This document shows positions 1-12,100 of a stretch of 64,000 nt of DNA, piece after piece (position 1 is the stretch's first letter; each line of letters starts with the position of its first letter). Below the pieces are notes generated by a model that worked only from the letters and a program-made list of their open reading frames with translations, was not told the origin of the DNA and did not search any database. A program made the position numbers and the translations under genes. Origin of the DNA: Yuukianura sp. NJ FZ-2021 (lineage: Eukaryota); NCBI GenBank assembly GCA_046563655.1, contig CM102286.1, forward strand, positions 2,170,001-2,234,000, given 5' to 3'.

Positions 1-1104
1 CGTTTTACACCCAGGAATCAGAATCAGCCTGCTCAGATGACGAGGATACTGGAAGAATTGTTGTCATGGATACGGACGAATTACCGGAGAGTGAGATCGG
101 TACATCGGAGAATGAAACGCGGGAAACCGAAACACCTTCGGCTTTTAGCGGTGAACAGGGAGAACTGGTACCAAGAATCAAAAAACGTCGCACTCGTAAG
201 CAGAAAAGAGTCAAAAGCTATTGGGAGTTAATGTGATGACTAAAATTTTCAAATTTTCAACTGAAATTTTCAAAATTTTAGGATTTACGAAACTACATGA
301 CGTGGAACTCAAAACGGAAGATGAGGATATGGCCGGTGGGGACGAAAATGTGTCAACGGCGACATCACTTCTGGTTGATGACGAACGACGTGCTACCGTC
401 AGTAGCGACACTATGGTAGATCATGTCAGTTTTGAAGAACTGTTGGATTCTGAGGACGATACAAGTCAAAAAATTGCAACTGACTCTGATTGGTCCGTTC
501 CGTCGGAGTGCCTTAACTACTACTCAGATGACTGGGAAGATGAAGACTCTGAATCTGACATTGAAGTTGTACCAAGTTCGGAAGAATCAGACATGGAAAA
601 CAAAAGTACTTCTGATCATAACGTGATCATAACTGAACTGGACGTTCCAGTATTAACGGATGACAGTGGAACTGAAACGGACAACTTTGAGGGAGGAGCA
701 GACGACGAATCGAGCAGTACTGACGATCGATGTTACAGCCCGGATCCTCGTCTGGAAAAATTGATGACCGCGGCAAAAAGTAAGCAACTTGGGCTTCATG
801 TGAGATGTTTCGATGTGATTTTACGTTTTCGTTTCCAGTAAGTGTCCAGTCGTCGTCAAATGAAAGCATGGGCCTAGCCCGCAGGAACAGCCGTGGACGG
901 AGTCGAATTCGTAGGAAAATTGTGACATGTCCAGCAACAAGTTTATCGCAGACGGTTCTTCCCATTTCAACCGAGCAAGTGGCAGCGTCTAAATCGCTTG
1001 AAATATGCAAGAATCTCCAGAATCTGAATCCCGACAACGTCAAGCAAGTTCAGTCTTCAATGGGATCTGGAGACGTTGTCCGGACTTGCTTAGATTCCAA
1101 TTAA
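1..1104 (+). CDS. 3' portion of a multi-exon gene encoding an acidic Asp/Glu/Ser-rich low-complexity protein (5' end outside window)
   Basis: The open frame from position 3 (FYTQESESACSDDEDTG...) joins in phase via GTAAGC donors and AG acceptors (introns 197-281 and 780-838) to ORFs 221..841 and 805..1104. No recognisable domain. The 3' end is uncertain; a GC-AG splice to a last exon near 1129-1165 is possible. Confidence 0.55.
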
Positions 1105-2286
1105 TCAACGTTATCATTGTTTTACAGCAACTTCAAAAATAGCAAACCAAGTATGAAAAGGTGACATAGAGCTAAATTGTGGTATTATCTGCTATGAATT
1201 ACAAAGAATGCTTGTAATATGTCATGGAAAACTATTTTGTAAGAAATACGACTCTACTCACCTGCATAAACGTTTTTTACGACCTTCTTTCTTTTGTGCC
1301 TTTCGTTTAACAAAACGTTCCTCCATGATATGATACTCCGATCGAACTTTCTGTTGGTGGGTATAAGGTCGGCCGGCCTTCAAGGCTTCAACGTTCCTCT
1401 CAATAGCAATTATCGTTGTTGAGTTCCCTTCCGCCATTTTATACTGTTGATCCTGATTTTCAGTCGCTCTTTGATCTAGTCAGTTATTGCTTCACTTCTT
1501 AGATTGATTCTGGAAGTTCAGAAAATACATGAATTAACATTGACAAACTTACGGGAAAAAAAACAACGCTGACTTTGAAAATTGGAATACAATTTTTAGA
1601 CAACAATGCGTTTGGACAGTAAAATTAAGTTCATTTCACGATTTTATGTGTTCTATGGCCGCTTTCCTCCTCATGTGCCTTCGTTCTGACGTCTGCTAAG
1701 CCTAAAGTCAAAGTTGAACTGTTAGGACATCTTTACTTCGTAACCCTGTTCGTTCGTTTTTCGTTTGTTCCAGAATTTGACGAAATTGAAATTCAGATTT
1801 CGAAAAGCAAAAAAGGAAAAACAAATGAAATGACAAAACAAACTTTTCAAAAAACACATGTTCGTGTTCGCGCAATTTCTTCCCGCTCCTTGTTTTCATT
1901 GAGTTGCACTTTTCTCAGAGCATCTTTTAAAACATCTTGTAACAATAGCGGTGCCAAATTTTTAAATCACGTGACATCTTTCTAAAAGCATCTGAAATTG
2001 AATTTAGTATCTAAAAACATGGACATGTGTTACGGTTTTGTGATCTACCGTATATGACCAGAAAAAGTCATTAGGTACTTGGACTAATGTTTAATAGTTG
2101 TACCGATTACGATAAGTAGACATCCGTTATGCTATATGTTAGTCACACATTTAAAGACACTACAACTATCAATTATCGGTTTAAACGTTCATCGGCAAAT
2201 CCATAAAGTACATAACACCTTATGCGAATTCGGCAGTTAACAAAATTATTTCTCAACAATTTGGTTTCGGAAGAATTAACCGCAAA

Positions 2287-2935
2287 ATGTTTAAGTTGGA
2301 AAGATTATTTGTTTTGATTGGTCTTTGGACGATTTTAATTTCAAAAGCTAGCGCGTATTGTACGTACAGCGAAATTACCCATGAATGGGAAGGCTATTGC
2401 CCAGAATTGTCGTAAGCAAAACAACAATTTAGGAATTATTTCTTTATGTTTAGCTTATTTTAATTACTTAATTAATTCACTCAATAGTTTAATTTTTATT
2501 AATTTTTACTTAATACTTTAATTTTTATTAATTTAGCAAAGAATGGCTGATTGGGATCGCCGTCGTTGCTGTCATCCTGATCGTTGGCATTCCCATCCTT
2601 TGCTGCTTCTGCTGCGCCTGCTTCTGTTTTAGTTATCGCAAGAAAACTCCTGGAATAGTTCACGGTGCGTAAAACATTTGGTTATCTCTATTTAATTTAA
2701 TTAAATATATTATATATTAAAATTAAGTATTTATACATAAAATTAAATAATTAAATATAATTTACAACTTTTAGCTGTGCCGACAGTGGTGACCCATACC
2801 CATGTCGTTCCTGGGTACAATGGTCAACAACTGCCTTGTTCCAGCACCAACAATGCCTTCCAAAATGCAGATACGCCGCCCGCAGGTGTCAAGCAGGAAT
2901 GTGGAGAAAACAATACAACTTTCGTTACAATGTAA
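2287..2935 (+). CDS. Small single-pass membrane protein (137 aa): signal peptide, short 2-Cys ectodomain, TM helix, juxtamembrane Cys cluster; Shisa/CYYR1-like architecture
   Basis: Exons 2287-2411, 2537-2664 and 2775-2935 join in frame with GT-AG introns: MFKLERLFVLIGLWTILISKASAYC...CPELSKEWLIGIAVVAVILIVGIPILCCFCCACFCFSYRKK...FVTM*. AATAAA at ~3012. Missed by the ORF track because the exons are short. Confidence 0.8.
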
Positions 2936-3780
2936 AAAAAGTGTTTTATAAAATGTGTAAAATAATTTAACTCCACAAAAATTCCTAAAAATTGAAATTT
3001 CAAAAAAAGATAATAAAACCTTGCAGCTTGTATAAATTTTCAAAACTTTAAATTACGATTGCCTACCTACTTTTCCACAAAAACGCTCATGAAAACAGTC
3101 TTTTTTTTTTTATTTTGTATGTTTTAAGTGAATACCCTTGTAACAAACAAAGACAAGGCGGTAAGTGTTAATTGAGGAAGATAGATTGTGTGCAGATATT
3201 TTCTAAACATTTGTATCTGTAACCTTCATTATGATTTTTTTACCTGTGGTCAACCCTTTTAGTAAAATTCATAGATTTCCTAACATTAACAAATTGAATG
3301 AATAATTGTTCAAAAAAAGAAATATTGTATCAATAGAATGATCAAATTGAAAATTGATGATTTATTTTTTCAGATTTTCTAATGACTCAGATATTCGCGT
3401 CTGACGCTAATGTATGGAAATGTTAAATTAAAAAATTTACGTAGTTTTCTTTTTTTATCACATTCAATAAACTATGATTTATATTATGAGACATATGCTG
3501 ATAGGTTCGGTTGAATAATCTTGAATCAATATCACAAAAAGTGGTTGACGTAAGTGGAACTTTTCATTTATCAACACACCCGAAGCTTATGAAAATCAGA
3601 GATTTTTGCCTTTAAGTTCGTAATTTTTGTTTGTTTAAGTTCAATTTTTGCCTCTTAATACGTAAGTTCACACGAAACAAACACTTCAGAGATTCCTTGT
3701 ATTTATTTTAAGTTTTCGTGTTAATTTTCAGTCGTTTTCGTGCAGCATAGATAACACCTCGAATACTCCGCGTGCTCGGT

Positions 3781-4827
3781 ATGTACGGCCGTGAATTTTC
3801 GAAGCATTTTTCCAAAGTTTATACAAAAGTTAGTAATACTGAAAATGTGACGTTCAAGGTCACACTCGTCCGGCAGTAAGTTTCATATACTTAATTGAAA
3901 TTAGGGTTAGAATTTAACTTTATAATGCTTTTTAGCGGACAAACGGATGCGAACAAACATGGCCTCGTAGTGACGTGCACTGATCAACCACTGAATGACA
4001 CTGGAAGAGAACAGGTAACTTTTTATTTAAAATTTTCGAAAAACATAATTTTTCCTTGTTTTTCAATTTTTTTTTTAAAAGGCATCATTACTTGGAAAAC
4101 ATTTGCGGAACTCAAAATTTACGAAAGTGATTACAAGCAATTTGATGCGGACGTATCACACAGCAGAGGAAATTTTGGCAGCCAATGAGAATCCAGCAGA
4201 CTACGTTCGAGATGCTCGACTTAACGAAAAGGTCAAAATTTGTTTTAAATATAAAATTCCTGCTTAAATTTCAAAATTTCAAGGTATACCTAAAAATTGT
4301 TCAAATAAAAACTATCAAATAATTTCCCGTTCATTTTTCTCTATAAACAGAGTTTGGGCGAAGAATTAGAAGGAACGTGTGGCAAAACTTTTGTGCAACA
4401 GGCAAGAGCAGTTTCTCCGAACATTCTCAGGTATACTCCGCCTGGTGGAGAAACTTCCGAAGCTGCTGAAGAAAGAGTCGCTGCAGTTTTCGAGGTCAAA
4501 GTTCATCCAAAATTATCTTTTCACAATGTTTTCTAACGTTTTTTGAAAAAATTTCAGGAACTGTGTCAATGGTGTCTTGAAAATTCAGACGACGAACACC
4601 ACGTTCTGATTGTTACGCATGGCCTAATGATCATGCATCTGATGGACTACTTCTATAAGCATCCAAATTTCACTTTGGTAGACGAAAATCATGAATTGGT
4701 AGCAGAAGAAATTTACCATACGCCAGTTCACAACACTAGTGTATCAAATTTGGAAGTTACGCAACTACCTGACTCTCGTTGGAAAGTTAAGTTGAACACG
4801 TTCAGCGACGTTACACATTTGAAATGA
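3781..4827 (+). CDS. Histidine phosphatase (phosphoglycerate mutase superfamily), TIGAR-like, copy 1 (245 aa)
   Basis: Exons 3781-3875, 3936-4014, 4082-4231, 4351-4494 and 4558-4827. The catalytic RHG motif (TLVRHGQTDAN) is formed across intron 1. TSNLMRT, RLNE, PPGGET and VLIVTHG motifs are present. Confidence 0.88.
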
Positions 4828-5753
4828 AAACTTTTCAGTGAAAACTTTTTTTTTTGCATTTCCGCGAATAAAAGCATAGTAATTTATGCACGTTCTCTGC
4901 ATTTATCTGAAATTGAAAAGAAACGACCATAGCATAGTAGAAAAATGGATCAAAATTATCCGCTTTCAAAACTTCGGAATAATCAAAAGTTAATTGCGGA
5001 AAAAACTTTATTTTGTCTTCACCATCAACTGCGGATTGAACAAAAACGATTTTTCAATTTTAATAATCCCATATTGGGTTTATATATCCTAATAAAAACT
5101 TGCAGCTTACATATATTCCGAAAATTTTAAATTACGATTACCTACTTTACCGCAAAAACGCTTTGGAAAAATGTTCGTTTTTATCATTTTGTGTGTTTTA
5201 AGTAAATACCCTTAAGTGAATATAAAGCGGAAACTGTTAATTGATAAAAATAGATTGCGCTCACTCAGAGTATTTCTAAACATGTATCTGTCCATTGCGA
5301 TTTTTTTTGACAGTGGTTAACGTTTTTTAAAAATTAACGTAAATTTTTGTTTTAGCACTCAAACATTTTATGCTAAATAAAAAAATAGCTAAATAAGTAC
5401 AATGATCAAATTGAAAATTGAATTGATGACTCCATTTATTTAAATAAATTTCTAATGACTCAGATTGAAAACAGTATGCATTTCAGACTGTTTACAAGTT
5501 TCAATAAATTATGATTATTAGACATTGTGTTGACAGGTTCAGCTCAAGATCACAAAAAATTTACTGGTTGGAACTTTCCAATCATCAACACACTCGAAGA
5601 TTATGAAAATCAGAGATTAAAAATTTTCCTTACATAAGTTGACACGAAACAGACACTTCAGAGATTCCTTCTACTGATTTGCAGTTCTCGTGTTAATTTT
5701 CAGTAGTAAACTTTGTCCAGCATAGATAACACCTCGAAAAACCTCCATGAAGT

Positions 5754-6807
5754 ATGTACGGCCGTGAATTTTCGAAACACTTTTCCACAGTTTATACAAA
5801 AGTTAGCAATACTGAAAACGTGAAGTTCAAGGTCACACTCGTCCGGCAGTAAGTTTCATAACCTTAAGAAAATTAACTGGAATTAGAATGTAACTTCATC
5901 ACGCTTTTAGCGGAGAAACGGACGGAAACAAACATGGCGTCGTTCTTACATACACTGATCAACCACTGAATGACACTGGAAGGCAGCAGGTCACTTTTTA
6001 GTATTGCTAAGACTAGCAAAATTTGTGAAAAATCATAATTTTTTCAATTTTTTCAAAAGGCATCCTTACTTGGAAAACATTTGCGGAATTCTAAATTTAC
6101 GAAAGTGATTACAAGCAATTTGATGCGGACGTATCACACAGCAGAGGAAATTTTGGCAGCCAATGAGAATCCAGCAGACTACGTTCGAGATGCTCGGCTT
6201 AACGAAAAGGTGGAACTTTTTTAAATATAAAATTCCTGCTTAAATTTCAAAATTTCAGTTTACTTACTTTTAGAAATTGTTCAATTAAAAACGAAAAACT
6301 AATTTCCAATTCATTTTTTTTATAAACAGAGTTTGGGCGAAGAATTAGAAGGAACTTGTAGCAAAAGTTTCTGGAGAAAGTCAAAAGCAGTTTCTCCGAA
6401 CGTTCTCAGGTACATTCCGCCTGGTGGAGAAACTTCGGAAGCGGCAGAAGAAAGAATCGCCGCAGTTTTCGAGGTCAAAGTTCATCAAAAGTTATCTTCT
6501 CAGATTGTTTTCTAACGTTATTTTTTTTTAATTTCAGGAATTGTGTCAATGGTGTCTGGAAAACTCAGAAGAAGACCACCACGTTCTGATGGTTACTCAT
6601 GGCCTAGTGATTTTGCATCTGATGGAATACTTCTATACCCATCCAAATTTCATTTTGGTAGACGAAAATCATGAATTGGTCGCAGAAGAAATTTACCACA
6701 AACCAATTCATAACACTAGTGTATCAAATTTGGAAGTTACGCAACTACCTGACTCTCGCTGGAAAGTTAAGTTGAGTACATTCAGCGACATTACACATTT
6801 GAACTGA
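5754..6807 (+). CDS. Histidine phosphatase, TIGAR-like, copy 2 (245 aa)
   Basis: Exons 5754-5848, 5911-5989, 6060-6209, 6330-6473 and 6538-6807. Motifs TLVRHGETDGN, PPGGET and VLMVTHG. Same exon structure as copy 1. Confidence 0.88.
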
Positions 6808-7417
6808 AAAGTTTTCAGTGAAATAAAATAATTTCAGCAAATAGAAATATACTAATTTACGCACGTTCTCTGCAGTTATCTGAAATCGAAAAGAAACGAC
6901 CATAGCATAGTAGAAAAATGGAACAAAATTATCCGGTTTCAAAACTTCGGAGGCAAAAGTTGATCGAGGCAAAAACATTGTTTTTACCTTACCATCAACA
7001 TCGAATTGACAAAACCGATTTTTCTATTTAAATAATCCCGTTTCCCATATTGTTCTTTCAAAATTTTGCCTTGTTGCTTTTCACATCACTACTACTGCAC
7101 TGTCACACACTTTTGCTTTGCAAAAAAAAATGTTGTAAAAAGGAGGGATTTTCATATTGGGTTTAACTCAAAGCCATAGTTAGGATAGGAAGAATGCATA
7201 ATGGAAAACACTTATAAAAAGTAGTTAATATAGTTTCTAGTTAATATAGTAGTACCTTACACCGTACTAATGAAAACCTGTTTGCCAACGTTCACGTTCA
7301 ACAGAACGACGAAATCAACTAATCTAGTAACTGCACTAACGTTGATCCCTGTACGCATTGTTGGTTATTAAATAATTTAAGAATTAACAACATTCAATTC
7401 AACAATATATTTTGACA

Positions 7418-8922
7418 ATGAATTTGGAATCGCAGACGGCTGACAGCATCGGCATCAACCCAATTCTACCAATTGAAGTGAGTCAAGCAAATGTAAAGTC
7501 ATTTTGTTAAGGTTTGCTTTCTGTTTTAATGTTATCGTCAATTGGTTAGACTAAGATGAATTAAAGCACTTTGAATATAAACCTCACAAACGTTTGAATT
7601 AATATTAGGTGGTGTTCAAGATACTTGGTTATGTGGATAACCCCAAGGACCTTCTACCATGGCGTACAGTTAGCAGAGCTTGGAACGAAATGACTACTCA
7701 CCATATATTCGAGAAAGGCGTTCCGGTCAAATTTTTTACTGAAAGTACTGTCTGTAGCGAAGTGGAAGAAATCGACAAACCAATACAACAGTTTCTTGAT
7801 ACGATGGAAGGCAGACTGCAAGACACCAAATTTCCATTTTCCAGATTCGAATTCGCCTTGTGCAATGACCAATGTCCGGTCAACAATGAAGAATTTCACA
7901 TTCATCCGACTCTGGCCTCATTCCAGAAGCTGGCAGATGCAGTGGGGTCATTTGTCAAACACTACGTAATACACTTGGAGCCCTACTTTGCTGGAGATAC
8001 AGATCAAGTCTTGGAAGCTATCCTGACCCAGGCACCAAACTTGGAAAAACTTTCCGTTTACGGACACAACGACAAACTTTCCACGGCGGTTGCTTTGAAT
8101 TCGTCATTCCATCTTCCTAAGCTGAAGTACATTGAAGTCATGCCCTACTCAGAAAAAGATGAAATATGTTCAAATGAGGATTATAACGATGAACCTTCCA
8201 GCATCAAGTTTGATCATTTTTCATCATGGTTCTCCAATTCACCGGCGCTTCAAGTTGTCAAATGCGGTTTCGGCGTGCAAGTAACTTCAGATATTCAAGC
8301 AACAGAATACGTCCGAATACTTCAAACTTTTGATGCCGTCGAACTTGAATTATACAGGGAAGAAGCTATTTTAGTTCAAAAGTTAATCGCACGCCCACTG
8401 CCAACTCTGCATACTTTACACCTGGATACTCGAGTCGGTCCGGAGCTGGTTCTGGCTTTACTGAAATGTACCGCCGTAACACTTCACAAATTGTACCTCT
8501 ACTTTGAATATTCTCCTTTTGCCACATCAATTAGTATTACGATCCCAATGCTCCCAAATCTAGAAGTACTGGAACTGGAATTTGGTCACGCTGACTCGAT
8601 AAGTGGACCTTTCCTATCAAGTCCATTACAAGCAGCACAATTTCCAAATCTTAAAAGTCTTACTTTAAGAGAGTACAAGCGTGATGGGGTTGGGGATAAT
8701 GACGTTGAATATTTACGGCTACTATTTGATGGGAGTATTTTTGATACTGTTCAAAAATTGGATTTAATCGACTTAAACAACTGCAAGCGTCCACCATCAG
8801 AACCATGGGATACACTCTTTCCAAATGTATCAGAAGAGGCCTATCAACCTCCTACATCAAAATTTATGGACAAATCAAGACAGATATCCATACGGAAATA
8901 CTCCTTCTATTATGTATGGTAA
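7418..8922 (+). CDS. F-box protein with degenerate LRR/RNI-like C-terminal region (~457 aa)
   Basis: Exon 7418-7477 (MNLESQTADSIGINPILPIE) spliced to 7609-8922 gives the F-box signature LPIEVVFKILGYV...WRTVSRAWN. Repeated LRR-like motifs follow (PNLEKLSV, PKLKYIEV, PNLEVLEL, PNLKSLTL). Confidence 0.8.
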
Positions 8923-9029
8923 ATAAGCTGTTCATCAGTTCGAGTATAGGAGAGATATAGCGGAGGCCTTCTCCTATATCTCTCCTATACTCAAAATCAA
9001 CTCCAAACTGATGAACAGCTTATTTACCA
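8917..9029. repeat. Nested inverted repeat (MITE-like foldback) overlapping the F-box stop codon
   Basis: Perfect 24-bp outer arms TGGTAAATAAGCTGTTCATCAGTT (8917-8940) / AACTGATGAACAGCTTATTTACCA (9006-9029). 19-bp inner arms GAGTATAGGAGAGATATAG / CTATATCTCTCCTATACTC. Confidence 0.8.
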
Positions 9030-9199
9030 CAAATAGTACTCATATTTACGTGAGTTCTTTGGTGACATTTAAGAACTTGCTAAGAGAATTTAAATAAAAT
9101 CTGTAATAAAATAATCAAAAGGCACACAAAACGAAAGTAAATAAAAAAACAAACAAACAAGGTTATTCTTTGTACGTATTATAATAACTAAACATTTAT

Positions 9200-12100
9200 T
9201 TATTTGTTAGATCTGACTAAAATTTCAGCAGTGAAATAGCCAAGCATTCCCAGTATTATAACGCCAAGTAAAATGTACAATTTCAAATCTACACAAACTT
9301 GAGTTGTTTCGACGTAAGCAATGATGTAGCCAATACTTTCCCAGAGGCGGTAATTGCTGAAGGCAGCTTCTTCATTTTTCTGGAACAGGACGCCATAGAG
9401 AGCTAAAAGAGTCAGGAACAAACAAAAATATATTTTCAAAGAACTTGTAAGATAGTGTTAAAACGTTTACAGTTGATTTGAGTTTGCCAAATTCCGTCGC
9501 TGATTCCCCAGACTCCAGCGATTACGAAGAAGATGATTGGAGTAGTTGGAGTGGGATGCCAAAAGATCATGGTCAAAATCATAGAAATATTTAGAGCAGC
9601 GCCAAGTATGAATACTGGAATTCTTCCCAAATAGCGAATCACTGGACCGAAACTGATTGACGACATGGCGTCACAGACGCCATAGCAGATCATAACGTAT
9701 CCGACGTTCCCTACGCCCCAAGAACAGGTAATGTATGCCTGCAAGATTCAGAAATCAATTTACAAAATTTCAATCTTTGGTTTTTATGAGAATTTACGAT
9801 TTATAAAGTTCCGATGACCTTGATTGACCCTGATTAATAAAAGTGTTGCTTAAGAAGGAATCTACGGAAACAATGACGATTTTTTGAAGATTGCCCATGA
9901 AAAATGATGTGGGTTAGAAAAACTGTGGAGTGAGTTTTACATTTTCCAAAAACAGATGACGAAACCAAAACAAATCTGTTTTCCATAAGTTTCGTTGTTT
10001 TGATTAATTCGCTAATTAATTACACGAACGTGATAATCACCGATTACTATAGCCTTGATTGGAATTTTGACAAGATTACTACTGCTGAAGCATCAAATGA
10101 TATGCTGCTGAATTGATGGTAACAAAACTTTAAATATGGTTTTTGGTTGAGTTTTTTCCAGTTTTTATCAAAATTACTTTTTTGATTTTTAGAACAAGCG
10201 GTCGGTATGCCCGGTATCCTGTCTGAGTTGCTGTCTGGAATCGGAGACTTTTTTCGCATAATTTTACAAATGTTGGGATTTGCGTCAGGGACGACAGGAG
10301 CAATTGAGGAAGGGAAGCTACGCGTTTTTATCAAGCATCCCAACGCAGTTGCCGGAGTTCTTCCGGTAGATTTGGATCCATCTTGGTCAATTCACGATGT
10401 CAAACAAAGGATTGGTCCTAAGCTCAAGTTAGAACCGCGAGAAATCAAGATTATATTCGCCGGGAAAGAATTGGGTGACGAAATTATCATTCAGGTGAGA
10501 AGAGACATTGGCAATGCAATTTGCAAGGCAGATGAACGTTGGTAATTGAAGATTTATGTAACTATCGCAGGACTGCAACGTTGGACAACAGAGCTTCCTA
10601 CATGCCGTTCAGATTCAAGTCAAACAACCCCAACTTCCAGAAACTACCAAACGGAAAGAAGTTGAACCATCACCGGATTTAAGCGTGCCATTTTTTAAAA
10701 ACGAAATTCATCAATCATCCGTTGAGCCTCAGTCAGATTTACACTCGTCACATGACGGCGACCTTTCAGTTCCACGCTCAACTACTCCAGTCGATAATTC
10801 TAGTTCGGTTGCTCCAGCCGCTGCTTCCAAGTCTAACTTTTACGTCTATTGCAATGTTTGCCAAGAGTTACGTGAAGGCAAGCTGCGTGTCCGCTGTGCC
10901 AGTTGCCATTCTGGTGCCTTTATCGTATTACGTGACCCAGTTTCTTGGGAAGATGTACTTCAACCGAACAGGGTAAATTCTATCCAGTACGGCAATCATC
11001 ACAGTTCTTGGTTAATAATTAGTGTGAATCCTATTTCTAGGTCCCTGGATCCTGTGAAACTCAAGACTGCAATAGCAATTACTCCGAATTCTACTTCAAG
11101 TGCGCTTCACACGTTACCCTGGGAGAAGATGATTCATGGCCACCACTACCGCAAGTAAAACGAAACCCTGATTTGGTTCCTTGCCTGGCATGTGGAGAAG
11201 CGAATGATCCCATGTTTATTTTCGATTGCACGCATACCACTTGCATCCCATGCTTCCAGCAGTATTCCTTACTGAAGCTCAACGAACGACAATTTGTGCA
11301 AGTGAGACTAAAATACACTTAAAACAAGTATTTCGTACTATAATTTGTATTACTATTACTAATTGTACTCCTATTACTAACGATAAGTACTATTGATGTT
11401 GATTCACTTCCAGGACTCAAATATCGGATACTCTCTAGGATGTCCTGCCCTCTGCCAGCAATCTCTCATTCGAGATCCGCATCATCTCAAGCTCATGGGA
11501 AAATATCAAGTAACTCCTGAGATAAATGAAAATGCTTCCATTTTTGATAAAGAATATATGCATTTTTTGCAGTATGATCGATATCAACGATTTGGAGCAG
11601 AAGAGTTCGTTCTGCAAGCTGGAGGAATTTTGTGCCCTCAACCCGATTGTGGCATGGGTATAATCCCAATCGAAACAAACTGCAACAAAATTGCGTGTGT
11701 TCATGGATGTGGGGTGAGTTGAGTCAAAAGTCAAAGTTAATTCTCAAGATCATTTCTTCAAAGTAAGTTCATGTTAACTTTATCTTGATTTCAGTTTGTG
11801 TTTTGTCGTCGATGTTTGGAGGGATGGCACATGGGAGAATGTTCCAGAGAACCTAGTGCTATAGCTTCTGGAAATCCTGGAACGAGCAGCTACCCTACAA
11901 TTACAACTGAAATGGCTGCAAGAGCTCAATGGGACGATGCAACACGGAGAACAATCAAAATTCTGACGAAACCGTGTCCTAAATGTCGGGTACCGACGCA
12001 ACGTGATGGCGGTAAACAAAACAATTTTTTTTAAACTTGAATAGTACTTTTCAGAAAAATTCTAATTTTTGGTTGACCCTTCGCCTTCAGGTTGTATGCA

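Larger units (their letters stand above)
3011..7052 (+). repeat. Tandem segmental duplication, two ~2 kb units (~3011-5080 and ~5090-7052), each carrying one phosphatase gene
   Basis: Colinear similarity of upstream, intronic and 3' flanking sequence. Both units start TAATAAAA(A)C(C)TTGCAGCTT and end ...AATAATCCC...ATATTG. Confidence 0.9.
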
